DNA of 64,000 nucleotides from contig NIVC01001799.1 in NCBI GenBank assembly GCA_002269645.1, forward strand, positions 62,001 to 126,000, read 5' to 3'. Shown here piece after piece: positions 1 through 14,356 of the stretch. The notes beneath the pieces are model-generated. The model was not told the origin of the DNA, searched no databases, and worked only from the letters and a program-made list of their open reading frames with translations. The position numbers and the translations under genes were made by a program. Every line of letters starts with the position of its first letter. Position 1 is the first letter of the stretch. This DNA comes from Macrostomum lignano (taxonomy: Eukaryota).

Positions 1-1063
1 AACTGACACTCTGGGAGGCTGGCCCAGCAACTGAGGATCTCGGAGACTGGCATGGCAACTGAGGATCTGGGAGGCTGGCCCAGCAACTGAGGATCTCGGA
101 GACTGGCATAGCAACTGAGGATCTGGGAGGCTGGGATAGCAACTGAGGATTTGGGAGGCTAGCCCAACAACTGAGGATCTGAGAGGCTGGCCCAGCAACT
201 GACACTCTGGGAGGCTGGCCCAGCAACTGAGGATCTCGGAGACTGGCATGGCAACTGAGGATCTGGGAGGCTGGGATAGCAACTGAGGTTCTGGCATAGC
301 AACTGAGGATTTGGGAGGCTGGCCCAGCAACTGAGGATCTCGGAGACTGGCATAGCAACTGAGGATCTGGGAGGCTGGGATAGCAACTGAGGATTTGGGA
401 GGCTAGCCCAACAACTGAGGATCTGAGAGGCTGGCCCAGCAACTGAGGATCTAGAAGGCTGGCCCAGCAACTGAGGATCTGGGAGGCTGGCCTAGCAACT
501 GAGGATCTGGGAGTCTGGCCCAGCAATTGAGGATGAGAGGCTGACCCAGCAACTGAGGATCTGGGAATCTGGCCCAGCAATTGAGGATCTGGGAGTCTGG
601 CCCAGCAATTGAGGATCTGAGACGCTGGCCCAGCAACTGAGGATCTGAGAGGCTGGCCCAGCAACTGAGGATCTGAGAGGCTGGCCCAGCAACTGAGGAT
701 CTGAGAGGCTGGCCCAGCAACTGAGAATCTGAGAGGCTGGCCCAGCAACTGAGGATCTGGGAGGCTGGCCTAGCAACTGAGGATCTGGGAGTCTGGCCCA
801 GCAATTGAGGATGAGAGGCTGACCCAGCAACTGAGGATCTGGGAATCTGGCCCAGCAATTGAGGATCTGGGAGTCTGGCCCAGCAATTGAGGATCTGAGA
901 CGCTGGCCCAGCAACTGAGGATCTGAGAGGCTGGCCCAGCAACTGAGGATCTGAGAGGCTGGCCCAGCAACTGAGGATCTGAGAGGCTGGCCCAGCAACT
1001 GAGGATCTGGGAGTCTGGCCCAGCAATTGAGGATCTGGGAGGCTGGCATAGCAACTGAGGATC
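1..1063. repeat. Minisatellite, ~28-29-bp unit (GAGGCTGGCCCAGCAACTGAGGATCTGG), runs off the left edge
   Basis: Unit visibly repeated with transition-type variants; explains the repetitive ORFs at 159-1126. Confidence 0.95.
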
Positions 1064-1545
1064 CAAGGGGTTTGTGAAATGTAAGTCCCTATGCTTATAA
1101 TTTTTTAAGCTAATCACCCTAAGCAAATTGAAGAGTGAGAGCAGATGTCATAGGTGAGCCAATTAGACATGTAAAACAGCGACAGCAAAGACGCAGTCAG
1201 TAATGTATTTATTCAATAAATTTAAACCCAGGAACAAAATGAAAAAAACACACAACATCTTCATCATCTCTCTGGCATGATAGAGATTTTTCTCAGTCAA
1301 CAAAAGTCGATGGATATGACGGTTAGGGAAAGATTGGATATTAAACAGGAAAATTTCTAATCTCTGATCGAGTTGCAACAGTTGCCAGGCAAAAATTGAA
1401 GATAAAAAAATCATGATAAAATCCATCAGCCTAAACAACGGCTTGCCAAAGGCTAAAGATTTTCAAACAGACTAAAAACAATGAAAAACAACACGATTGT
1501 TTTAAGTGGAATCTCTTGATAGCAGAAATTAGTCCAATAGACCAC

Positions 1546-4500
1546 ATTAGCAATCCATTCTATTCCTTCATCAGTGATGCTGGCTAGATTAGCAATCCAT
1601 TCTATTCCTTCATCAGTGATGTTGGCTAGATTAGCAATCCATTCTATTCCTTCATCAGTGATGCTGGCTAGATTAGCAATCCATTCTATTCCTTCATCAG
1701 TGATGCTGGCTAGATTAGCAATCCATTCTATTCCTTCATCAGTGATGTTGGCTAGATTAGCAATCCATTCTATTCCTTCATCAGTGATGTTGGCTAGATT
1801 AGCAATCCATTCTATTCCTTCATCAGTGATGCTGGCTAGATTAGCAATCCATTCTATTCCTTCATCAGTGATGTTGGCTAGATTAGCAATCCATTCTATT
1901 CCTTCATCAGTGATGCTGGCTAGATTAGCAATCCATTCTATTCCTTCATCAGTGATGCTGGCTAGATTAGCAATCCATTCTATTCCTTCATCAGTGATGT
2001 TGGCTAGATTAGCAATCCATTCTATTCCTTCATCAGTGATGCTGGCTGGATTAGCAATCCATTCTATTCCTTCATCAGTGATGCTGGCTGGATTAGCAAT
2101 CCATTCTATTCCTTCATCAGTGATGCTGGCTAGATTAGCAATCCATTCTATTCCTTCATCAGTGATGTTGGCTAGATTAGCAATCCATTCTATTCCTTCA
2201 TCAGTGATGCTGGCTAGATTAGCAATCCATTGTATTCCTTCATCAGTGATGTTGGCTAGATTAGCAATCCATTCTATTCCTTCATCAGTGATGCTGGCTA
2301 GATTAGCAATCCATTCTATTCCTTCATCAGTGATGCTGGCTAGATTAGCAATCCATTCTATTCCTTCATCAGTGATGCTGGCTAGATTAGCAATCCATTC
2401 TATTCCTTCATCAGTGATGTTGGCTAGATTAGCAATCCATTCTATTCCTTCATCAGTGATGCTGGCTAGATTAGCAATCCATTCTATTCCTTCATCAGTG
2501 ATGCTGGCTAGATTAGCAATCCATTCTATTCCTTCATCAGTGATGTTGGCTAGATTAGCAATCCATTCTATTCCTTCATCAGTGATGCTGGCTGGATTAG
2601 CAATCCATTCTATTCCTTCATCAGTGATGCTGGCTGGATTAGCAATCCATTCTATTCCTTCATCAGTGATGCTGGCTAGATTAGCAATCCATTCTATTCC
2701 TTCATCAGTGATGTTGGCTAGATTAGCAATCCATTCTATTCCTTCATCAGTGATGCTGGCTAGATTAGCAATCCATTCTATTCCTTCATCAGTGATGTTG
2801 GCTAGATTAGCAATCCATTCTATTCCTTCATCAGTGATGCTGGCTAGATTAGCAATCCATTCTATTCCTTCATCAGTGATGCTGGCTAGATTAGCAATCC
2901 ATTCTATTCCTTCATCAGTGATGTTGGCTAGATTAGCAATCCATTCTATTCCTTCATCAGTGATGCTGGCTAGATTAGCAATCCATTCTATTCCTTCATC
3001 AGTGATGCTGGCTAGATTAGCAATCCATTCTATTCCTTCATCAGTGATGTTGGCTAGATTAGCAATCCATTCTATTCCTTCATCAGTGATGCTGGCTGGA
3101 TTAGCAATCCATTCTATTCCTTCATCAGTGATGCTGGCTGATTAGCAATCCATTCTATTCCTTCATCAGTGATGCTGGCTAGATTAGCAATCCATTCTAT
3201 TCCTTCATCAGTGATGTTGGCTAGATTAGCAATCCATTCTATTCCTTCATCAGTGATGCTGGCTAGATTAGCAATCCATTCTATTCCTTCATCAGTGATG
3301 TTGGCTAGATTAGCAATCCATTCTATTCCTTCATCAGTGATGCTGGCTAGATTAGCAATCCATTCTATTCCTTCATCAGTGATGCTGGCTAGATTAGCAA
3401 TCCATTCTATTCCTTCATCAGTGATGTTGGCTAGATTAGCAATCCATTCTATTCCTTCATCAGTGATGCTGGCTAGATTAGCAATCCATTCTATTCCTTC
3501 ATCAGTGATGTTGGCTAGATTAGCAATCCATTCTATTCCTTCATCAGTGATGCTGGCTAGATTAGCAATCCATTCTATTCCTTCATCAGTGATGCTGGCT
3601 AGATTAGCAATCCATTCTATTCCTTCATCAGTGATGTTGGCTAGATTAGCAATCCATTCTATTCCTTCATCAGTGATGCTGGCTGGATTAGCAATCCATT
3701 CTATTCCTTCATCAGTGATGCTGGCTGGATTAGCAATCCATTCTATTCCTTCATCAGTGATGCTGGCTGGATTAGCAATCCATTCTATTCCTTCATCAGT
3801 GATGCTGGCTAGATTAGCAATCCATTCTATTCCTTCATCAGTGATGTTGGCTAGATTAGCAATCCATTCTATTCCTTCATCAGTGATGCTGGCTAGATTA
3901 GCAATCCATTCTATTCCTTCATCAGTGATGTTGGCTAGATTAGCAATCCATTCTATTCCTTCATCAGTGATGCTGGCTGGATTAGCAATCCATTCTATTC
4001 CTTCATCAGTGATGCTGGCTAGATTAGCAATCCATTCTATTCCTTCATCAGTGATGTTGGCTAGATTAGCAATCCATTCTATTCCTTCATCAGTGATGCT
4101 GGCTAGATTAGCAATCCATTCTATTCCTTCATCAGTGATGCTGGCTGGATTAGCAATCCATTCTATTCCTTCATCAGTGATGCTGGCTAGATTAGCAATC
4201 CATTCTATTCCTTCATCAGTGATGCTGGCTGGATTAGCAATCCATTCTATTCCTTCATCAGTGATGCTGGCTAGATTAGCAATCCATTCTATTCTTGCAT
4301 CAGTGATGCTGGCTAGATTAGCAATCCATTCTATTCCTTCATCAGTGATGCTGGCTAGATTAGCAATCCATTCTATTCCTTCATCAGTGATGCTGGCTGG
4401 ATTAGCAATCCATTCTATTCCTTCATCAGTGATGTTGGCTAGATTAGCAATCCATTCTATTCCTTCATCAGTGATGCTGGCTAGATTAGCAATCCATTCT

Positions 4501-7500
4501 ATTCCTTCATCAGTGATGTTGGCTAGATTAGCAATCCATTCTATTCCTTCATCAGTGATGTTGGCTAGATTAGCAATCCATTCTATTCCTTCATCAGTGA
4601 TGCTGGCTAGATTAGCAATCCATTCTATTCCTTCATCAGTGATGCTGGCTAGATTAGCAATCCATTCTATTCCTTCATCAGTGATGTTGGCTAGATTAGC
4701 AATCCATTCTATTCCTTCATCAGTGATGCTGGCTGGATTAGCAATCCATTCTATTCCTTCATCAGTGATGCTGGCTGGATTAGCAATCCATTCTATTCCT
4801 TCATCAGTGATGCTGGCTGGATTAGCAATCCATTCTATTCCTTCATCAGTGATGCTGGCTAGATTAGCAATCCATTCTATTCCTTCATCAGTGATGTTGG
4901 CTAGATTAGCAATCCATTCTATTCCTTCATCAGTGATGCTGGCTAGATTAGCAATCCATTCTATTCCTTCATCAGTGATGCTGGCTAGATTAGCAATCCA
5001 TTCTATTCCTTCATCAGTGATGTTGGCTAGATTAGCAATCCATTCTATTCCTTCATCAGTGATGCTGGCTAGATTAGCAATCCATTCTATTCCTTCATCA
5101 GTGATGCTGGCTAGATTAGCAATCCATTCTATTCCTTCATCAGTGATGCTGGCTAGATTAGCAATCCATTCTATTCCTTCATCAGTGATGCTGGCTGGAT
5201 TAGCAATCCATTCTATTCCTTCATCAGTGATGCTGGCTAGATTAGCAATCCATTCTATTCCTTCATCAGTGATGCTGGCTAGATTAGCAATCCATTCTAT
5301 TCCTTCATCAGTGATGTTGGCTAGATTAGCAATCCATTCTATTCCTTCATCAGTGATGCTGGCTAGATTAGCAATCCATTCTATTCCTTCATCAGTGATG
5401 CTGGCTAGATTAGCAATCCATTCTATTCCTTCATCAGTGATGTTGGCTAGATTAGCAATCCATTCTATTCCTTCATCAGTGATGCTGGCTGGATTAGCAA
5501 TCCATTCTATTCCTTCATCAGTGATGCTGGCTGGATTAGCAATCCATTCTATTCCTTCATCAGTGATGTTGGCTAGATTAGCAATCCATTCTATTCCTTC
5601 ATCAGTGATGCTGGCTAGATTAGCAATCCATTCTATTCCTTCATCAGTGATGCTGGCTAGATTAGCAATCCATTCTATTCCTTCATCAGTGATGTTGGCT
5701 AGATTAGCAATCCATTCTATTCCTTCATCAGTGATGCTGGCTAGATTAGCAATCCATTCTATTCCTTCATCAGTGATGCTGGCTAGATTAGCAATCCATT
5801 CTATTCCTTCATCAGTGATGTTGGCTAGATTAGCAATCCATTCTATTCCTTCATCAGTGATGTTGGCTAGATTAGCAATCCATTCTATTCCTTCATCAGT
5901 TATGCTGGCTGGATTAGCAATCCATTCTATTCCTTCATCAGTGATGCTGGCTGGATTAGCAATCCATTCTATTCCTTCATCAGTGATGCTGGCTAGATTA
6001 GCAATCCATTCTATTCCTTCATCAGTGATGCTGGCTGGATTAGCAATCCATTCTATTCCTTCATCAGTGATGCTGGCTAGATTAGCAATCCATTCTATTC
6101 CTTCATCAGTGATGCTGGCTAGATTAGCAATCCATTCTATTCCTTCATCAGTGATGTTGGCTAGATTAGCAATCCATTCTATTCCTTCATCAGTGATGTT
6201 GGCTAGATTAGCAATCCATTCTATTCCTTCATCAGTTATGCTGGCTGGATTAGCAATCCATTCTATTCCTTCATCAGTGATGCTGGCTGGATTAGCAATC
6301 CATTCTATTCCTTCATCAGTGATGCTGGCTAGATTAGCAATCCATTCTATTCCTTCATCAGTGATGCTGGCTGGATTAGCAATCCATTCTATTCCTTCAT
6401 CAGTGATGTTGGCTAGATTAGCAATCCATTCTATTCCTTCATCAGTGATGCTGGCTAGATTAGCAATCCATTCTATTCCTTCATCAGTGATGCTGGCTGG
6501 ATTAGCAATCCATTCTATTCCTTCATCAGTGATGCTGGCTAGATTAGCAATCCATTCTATTCCTTCATCAGTGATGCTGGCTGGATTAGCAATCCATTCT
6601 ATTCCTTCATCAGTGATGTTGGCTAGATTAGCAATCCATTCTATTCCTTCATCAGTGATGCTGGCTAGATTAGCAATCCATTCTATTCCTTCATCAGTGA
6701 TGCTGGCTAGATTAGCAATCCATTCTATTCCTTCATCAGTGATGCTGGCTGGATTAGCAATCCATTCTATTCCTTCATCAGTGATGTTGGCTAGATTAGC
6801 AATCCATTCTATTCCTTCATCAGTGATGCTGGCTAGATTAGCAATCCATTCTATTCCTTCATCAGTGATGCTGGCTAGATTAGCAATCCATTCTATTCCT
6901 TCATCAGTGATGTTGGCTAGATTAGCAATCCATTCTATTCCTTCATCAGTGATGCTGGCTAGATTAGCAATCCATTCTATTCCTTCATCAGTGATGCTGG
7001 CTAGATTAGCAATCCATTCTATTCCTTCATCAGTGATGTTGGCTAGATTAGCAATCCATTCTATTCCTTCATCAGTGATGCTGGCTAGATTAGCAATCCA
7101 TTCTATTCCTTCATCAGTGATGCTGGCTAGATTAGCAATCCATTCTATTCCTTCATCAGTGATGCTGGCTAGATTAGCAATCCATTCTATTCCTTCATCA
7201 GTGATGTTGGCTAGATTAGCAATCCATTCTATTCCTTCATCAGTGATGCTGGCTGGATTAGCAATCCATTCTATTCCTTCATCAGTGATGCTGGCTGGAT
7301 TAGCAATCCATTCTATTCCTTCATCAGTGATGCTGGCTAGATTAGCAATCCATTCTATTCCTTCATCAGTGATGTTGGCTAGATTAGCAATCCATTCTAT
7401 TCCTTCATCAGTGATGCTGGCTAGATTAGCAATCCATTCTATTCCTTCATCAGTGATGTTGGCTAGATTAGCAATCCATTCTATTCCTTCATCAGTGATG

Positions 7501-8237
7501 CTGGCTAGATTAGCAATCCATTCTATTCCTTCATCAGTGATGCTGGCTAGATTAGCAATCCATTCTATTCCTTCATCAGTGATGCTGGCTAGATTAGCAA
7601 TCCATTCTATTCCTTCATCAGTGATGTTGGCTAGATTAGCAATCCATTCTATTCCTTCATCAGTGATGCTGGCTAGATTAGCAATCCATTCTATTCCTTC
7701 ATCAGTGATGTTGGCTAGATTAGCAATCCATTCTATTCCTTCATCAGTGATGTTGGCTAGATTAGCAATCCATTCTATTCCTTCATCAGTGATGCTGGCT
7801 GGATTAGCAATCCATTCTATTCCTTCATCAGTGATGCTGGCTGGATTAGCAATCCATTCTATTCCTTCATCAGTGATGCTGGCTAGATTAGCAATCCATT
7901 CTATTCCTTCATCAGTGATGCTGGCTGGATTAGCAATCCATTCTATTCCTTCATCAGTGATGCTGGCTAGATTAGCAATCCATTCTATTCCTTCATCAGT
8001 GATGCTGGCTAGATTAGCAATCCATTCTATTCCTTCATCAGTGATGTTGGCTAGATTAGCAATCCATTCTATTCCTTCATCAGTGATGCTGGCTGGATTA
8101 GCAATCCATTCTATTCCTTCATCAGTGATGCTGGCTAGATTAGCAATCCATTCTATTCCTTCATCAGTGATGCTGGCTAGATTAGCAATCCATTCTATTC
8201 CTTCATCAGTGATGCTGGCTGGATTAGCAATCCATTC
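1546..8237 (+). repeat. 42-bp satellite array, ~159 copies (ATGCTGGCTAGATTAGCAATCCATTCTATTCCTTCATCAGTG)
   Basis: 6692 bp = 159 x 42 + 15-bp terminal redundancy - 1-bp deletion near 3139. Three main variants: gCtggctAga, gTtggctAga, gCtggctGga. Confidence 0.98.
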
Positions 8238-8796
8238 CAACACACAGTCATGCAGTTTCCCAAAGTTTACAAAAGCATTAACATTCACAACTGAATTCAG
8301 CAATACTTCAAAGCGGTATATAAAATGATACTAAGCTTAACTATTTGCACAAGTCTCCAATCGAATGCCTCTTCAGAGAAGAGAATTAGCAGTGTAAAAC
8401 AGAAGTCGTAATCTAAAAAATAGGCCACACTAAACAACTAATCACAATTTAGATTAACACAGATTTAACCGTTTTAAAATCAGAACAGAAATCCAGGTAC
8501 AGACAGGAGAAACAGCACGGCAACACCTTGACAACCGCTGTGGCACATTGAGAAGTAAAACTGTGAAAACCGAATGTCATTATCGTGATTGATCACTTTC
8601 CAAGTAATGAGCAACAGAGTTGAATGTTTCGTAAGGAGATAAAAAAGGAAAAAGATACAAAAACTACAAAGGAATGCAGGACTTCTTCTGGCTTGCAGAA
8701 GAAGCTGGGCGGTCTCTGATGCAGCAGCATGGGTTCTGGTCTGAACCTGCTTGCTTTAAACAGTCCTAGGATGAGACAGGCAAAGGTAAGGTTTGT

Positions 8797-8938
8797 GGCG
8801 ATTTTTCAGGTTGCTTTGGGGCGATTTTTCAGGTTGCTTTGGGGCGATTTTTCAAATTGCTTTGGGGCGATTTTTCAGGTTGCTTTGGGGCGATTTTTCA
8901 GGTTGCTTTGGGGCGATTTTTCAGGTTGCTCTGGGGCA
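8797..8938. repeat. 23-bp minisatellite (GGCGATTTTTCAGGTTGCTTTGG), ~6 copies
   Basis: Direct tandem copies seen. Confidence 0.9.
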
Positions 8939-9190
8939 ACTTTTTAAAAGGATTCAAGGCAATTTTGATGGAGAGGGGAATTACTTACGAGGGCTTGGGG
9001 CATTTACTGAAGAGCTTCTGCAAAGGCTTTTTCTGCACAATAAGTGCAGAAAGACTTAAACATGGTACTAAGTACAAACATTAGAGATGAGAAGCAAAGG
9101 CCAACTTTAAAATGAACAGTATAAAAACTGACTCAGGAATGAACTCGTATTTTACTTTGCAGAGCCCAAAGCGATCAGCACAACTAAAAT

Positions 9191-10007
9191 ATCAATCAAT
9201 CAATCCAATCAAACTAATCAACCTGTCAATCAATCAATCCAATCAAACTAATCAACCTGTCAATCAATCAATACAATCAAACTAATCAACCTGTCAATCA
9301 ATCAATGAATCAATGCAATAAAACTAATCAACCTGTCAATCAATCAATTCAATCAAACTAATCAACCTGTCAATCAATCAATTCAATCAAACTAATCAAC
9401 CTGTCAATCAATAAATTCAATCAAACTAATCAACCTGTCAATCAATCAATCCAATCAAACTAATCAACTTGTCAATCAATCAATACAATCAAACTAATCA
9501 ACCTGTCAATCAATCAATGAATCAATGCAATAAAACTAATCAATCTGTCATTCAATCAATCCAATCAAACTAATCAACCTGTCAATCAATCAATCTAATC
9601 AAACTAATCAACCTGTCAATCAATCAATTCAATCAAACTAATCAACCTGTCAATCAGTCAATCAATTCAATCAAACTCATCAACCTGTCAATCAATCAAT
9701 TCAATCAAACTAATCAACCTGTCAATCAATCAATCCAATCAAACTAATCAACCTGTCAATCGATCAATCCAATCAAACAAATCAACCTGTCAATCAATCA
9801 ATCCAATCAAACTAATCAACCTGTCAATCAATCAATTCAATCAAACTAATCAACCTGTCAAACAATCAATTCAATCAAACTAATCAACCTGTCAATCAAT
9901 CAATTCAATCAAACTAATCAGCCTGTCATTCAATCAATCAATTCAATCAAACTAATCAACCTGTCAATCAATCAATACAATCAAACTAATCAACCTGTCA
10001 ATCAATA
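9191..10007. repeat. ~34-bp minisatellite (AATCAATCAATCCAATCAAACTAATCAACCTGTC) just 3' of the GALNT stop
   Basis: Tandem copies seen; begins ~20 bp downstream of the minus-strand TGA at 10028. Confidence 0.92.
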
Positions 10008-10027
10008 CAACAGCAGACAAATAAAGC

Positions 10028-12865
10028 TCATTTAAACCCGTCCATCTGCCAGAGCTGCTCGTCCCCGCGGCCGCAGGCAGCCATGGCCGGCTGGGACTTG
10101 GGCTGGGCGGCCAGCAGCGGCACACCCATGCAGAGCCCGGTGTAGACGTGTCGTACCCGGAAGGAGCTGCCGCCTGCGCTGTCGGCAGCGAACAGCTGTT
10201 TGCTATCGGCATCGTCGCAGGTCTCCAGGGTGAGCTCGGCCCCCGAGTAGGCCAACGACCAGCAAACGTCGTCGCTGCGGAGTCGATTATCGGCGCCCCA
10301 GGCGAACAGCTGGTTGCCGCCCTGGCCGTGGCAGGGGCCCAGCCCCAGCTTGGCGTGCGCCTGATGGCCCATTGTGTCTGCGCACATCTTGTACCGGCTG
10401 TTGCCCATGGGGCCCAGGTATCTGAGGGGTGGAATTGGGTGGGCGGGCGAGTGATGAATCGGTGAGGGAACAGGTAAAGTTGGAATCATTGGAACCGGTG
10501 AGGGAACAGGTGATTTTTGAATTATTGGAACCAGTGAGGGAACAGGTGATTTTTGAATCATTGGAACCGGTGAGGGAACAGGTGAAAACGGAATAAGTAG
10601 AACCGGTAAATCACAGGCAAATATAAGTCAAACCCGGTGAGATTTACCTGGCATTGGCGGGAAAATGCGACTCGGGATAAATATTTTCCAAATACCAGCC
10701 AAAAGATTTACAATTCAGTTTGGCTTTCAATTTCAATCTGGCAGTCACGTCGCCATAGGCAACGGAGCGCAGGGCGGGGTTGATTCGCAGCAGCAGGTCT
10801 TTGTAGTCGTCCATCCACACGGCGGCGGTCCGCATGGCGTTCTTGTTGAGTATATTGGCCACGCCGCCCGGCCACGAGTAGGGCGAGATCTGCGGATTCG
10901 CATGGTCACTTGTTGTCAATCAAAGACAGGGGACAATGACCAACTAGAGACAGATGGGTTTCGGGACAATGACTAACTAGAGATAGGGGCGTATCGGGAC
11001 AATGACCAACTAGAGACATGGGGTATCGGGACAATGACCAACTAGGGACAGGGGGTAACGGGAAAATAACCATCTCAAAAACAAGCCAATGTGACCAATC
11101 AAAGACAGCAATGACCAATCAAAGACAACTCAATGACCAATCAAAGACAACTCAATGACCAATCAAAGACAACTCAATGACCAATCAAAGACAACTCAAT
11201 GACCAATCAAAGACAACTCAATGACAATCACAGACAACTGAATGACCAATCAAAGACAACTTAATGACCAATCAAAGACAATTCAATGACCAATCAAAGA
11301 CAAGCCAATATGACCAATCAAAGACAACTCAATGACCAATCTAAGACAACTCAATGACCAATCAAAGACAACTCAATGACCAATCACAGACAACTCAATG
11401 ACCAATCAAAGACAACTCAATGACCAATCACAGACAACTCAATGACCAATCAAAGACAACTTAATGACCAATCACAGACAAGCCAATATGACCAATCAAA
11501 GACAAGCCAATATGACCAATCAAAGACAACTCAATGACCAATCACAGACAACTCAATGACCAATCTAAGACAACTCAATGACCAATCAAAGACAACTCAA
11601 TGACCAATCTAAGACAACTCAATGACCAATCAAAGACAACTTAATGACCAATCACAGACAAGCCAATATGACCAATCAAAGACAAGCCAATATGACCAAT
11701 CAAAGACAACTCAATGACTAATCACAGACAACTCAATGACCAATTATAGACAACTCAATGACCAATCAAAGACAACTCAATGACCAATCAAAGACAACTC
11801 AATGACCAATCAAAGACAACTTAATGACCAATCACAGACAAGCCAATATGACCAATCAAAGACAAGCCAATATGACCAATCAAAGACAACTCAATGACCA
11901 ATCACAGACAACTCAATGACCAATCACAGACAACTCAATGACCAATCACAGACAACTCAATGACCAATCATAGAGAACTCAATGACCAATCACAGACAAC
12001 TCAATGACCAATCACAGACAACTCAATGACCAAAAATCAGCACCTTGCGAAAGACGTGACCAACTCGGGAGCAAGTGACCAGCAGCAGGTGGCCGCCGCA
12101 CATCCACACTCGGAAGGACATCTCCAAGTTCTCGCCGCCCCAGATTTCCATGCCGGAATCGTAGGCGCCGATCTCGAAGAAATAGCGCCTGTCAATGGTG
12201 AAGAGCCCGCCAGCCATGGTCGGGGTGTACAGCGGCATGGATCGGTCCTGCTTTCGCCTATCGAACTCGCGCTGGGGCACCGGGTACCAGCGGAAATTCA
12301 ATCGCCAGTTGAATCCGCCCCAGGTGCTGTCCGAGGCCGGCACGTATTGGAAATTCTGCTCAGATATGACATCGATAATCGGGCAGGCTACCGCCCGGCG
12401 GTTCCGTTTGATCTCGGCTAGCAGGGGCTCCAGCCAGCCTGTGGTGGCCTCGCAGTGCGCGTCCAAGAAGGTGATGGTGTCGCCCTGGGCAACCGAGGCG
12501 CCACGGAGGCGAGCTCGGATCAGGCCGCTCCGGCTGGACATTCGCAGCACCCGAGTGGGCGTGGACAGGGTGGCAGTGTACTCGTCTAGAGGCTTGCCCA
12601 GGAACGGCCGGGTGCTGCTATCGTCAACTAGGATGACCTGCGGACGGAGACGCTTTAATTATTGTTGATTTCCTCGAATGTCTCCATAACAACAGCTGTC
12701 ATTCAATCCTCCATTGATTCAAGACAGACAGACAGACAGACAGACAGACACCAAGACACTAAGACACTAAGACAGACAGACAGACAGACAGACAGACGCC
12801 AAGACACTAAGACACTAAGACACTAAGACAGACAGACAGACAGACAGACAGGCAGGCAGACACTA

Positions 12866-12929
<64 letters not shown>

Positions 12930-12997
12930 GCCAAGACACTAAGACACTAAGACAGACAGACAGACAGACAGACAGGCAGGCAGACACTAAGACACTA

Positions 12998-13066
<69 letters not shown>

Positions 13067-13089
13067 GGCAGGCAGACACTAAGACACTA

Positions 13090-13134
<45 letters not shown>

Positions 13135-13154
13135 TACAGACAGACAGACAGACA

Positions 13155-13186
<32 letters not shown>

Positions 13187-13241
13187 AACACTAAGACACT
13201 AAGACACTAAGACACTAAGGCAGACAGACAGACAGGCAGGC

Positions 13242-13306
<65 letters not shown>

Positions 13307-13361
13307 GGCAGGCAGGCAGACACTAAGACACTAAGACAGACACTAAGACAGACAGACAGAA

Positions 13362-13398
<37 letters not shown>

Positions 13399-13461
13399 GG
13401 CAGGCAGACACTAAGACACTAAGACAGACAGACAGACAGACAGGCAGGCAGGCAGACACTA

Positions 13462-13537
<76 letters not shown>

Positions 13538-14356
13538 TGACTGACTGACAGGCAGACAGACAGACAGGCAGACACTAAGACACTAAGACATTTTTAGCCT
13601 GCTTTGGTCGTTCCCAATAGGGATTAATTCTTAATTTAAGTTATGAACCATGAAAAACACAGTTTAAGCATTGTTTTTATCAACTTTCAACGATTAAGCA
13701 CGAACTAACTACTAGTAACAGTAGTAGGTAAAGTAAGCTAAGCGCATAATAAAACGCGCGAACCTCTTTAAGACAGCCGGCGCACGACCTGTCAATAACA
13801 GAGTGCACCGTCCTGAGCAGGGTGCTCCAGGCCTCGTTGTGGAACACGATCACCACGCTGGTGGTGGGCAGCCGATCCGGGTACAGCTTGGTCTGGCAGG
13901 CCGACATTCGATAATCGGGCAGCGTCCGGTTCAGCGCCATTAAGTCGCTGGCAACCAGGTTGAACTGGTTCTCCGAGAACAGGATCTTTGCGCGTTCGGC
14001 CAGCTCTGGCGGAACCACAACAGCCGCACCGTTGTCGCCGGGGCGGGAGGGCGCCAGGCCCACCGCGTTGACCAGATTGTTCCACAGAGCGCCGACACCC
14101 CCGGCGCCGCCGCCTCCCCAAGGCCGGCGGAGGACGGGAGCGGCGAAGAAGACGACGCTGCCGCATCTTTGGCGACGTTGGAAAGCTCGACGGCTGAGGC
14201 TTCAACTGGGTTGGGCGAACCGGCGTAGAGCAGGCAGGCGAGGCCCAGCAGGCTGAGCAGAAGAACGGCGACGACTGCCGACCGATTGGAGAGGCGGCCG
14301 CGACGCTGGTTGCAGCATTGGCGGCAGCGACGACGGCGGCAGACGAGCGACAGCAT
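10028..14356 (-). CDS. GALNT: Polypeptide N-acetylgalactosaminyltransferase (ppGalNAc-T, GALNT1/13-like), 4 exons, one apparent 1-bp deletion in exon 1
   Basis: Exons 14356-13764, 12637-12044, 10889-10648, 10421-10028, all GT-AG and phase-compatible. Type II TM segment ([17 protein letters not shown]), GT-A motifs [19 protein letters not shown] and [18 protein letters not shown]-terminal ricin-B lectin ([10 protein letters not shown]). Sum is 1823 nt; adding one G in the run at 14116-14119 gives 608 codons. Confidence 0.93.
10447..10600. repeat. 36-bp minisatellite in GALNT intron 3
   Basis: About 4 copies of TGAATCATTGGAACCGGTGAGGGAACAGGTGATTTT. Confidence 0.85.
10929..12030. repeat. GALNT intron 2 arrays: ~40-bp unit (3 copies), then 22-bp unit TGACCAATCAAAGACAACTCAA
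   Basis: Tandem copies seen; array ends ~13 bp from the donor at 12043. Confidence 0.93.
12722..13590. repeat. (GACA)n/(GGCA)n microsatellite interspersed with CACTAAGA, GALNT intron 1
   Basis: Seen directly. Confidence 0.95.

Noticed and set aside
1546-8237. CRISPR-like array
   Set aside because: No unique spacers, no cas genes, eukaryotic context.
1574-8328. Giant ORFs (523, 1719 and 1729 aa) on both strands; minus-strand unit ITDEGIEWIA resembles an F-box-type LRR fragment
   Set aside because: A 42-bp unit without stops is automatically open. A 1-bp deletion near 3139 shifts the frames, variants are non-synonymous in the minus frame, and 14 aa is too short for an LRR. Origin from an LRR exon cannot be excluded but is unsupported.
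8440-9190. Plus-strand splice-like signals (donors near 8497 and 8786, acceptor near 9161)
   Set aside because: All frames hit stops within ~100 nt and no product is recognisable; could be UTR or non-coding exons but unsupported.
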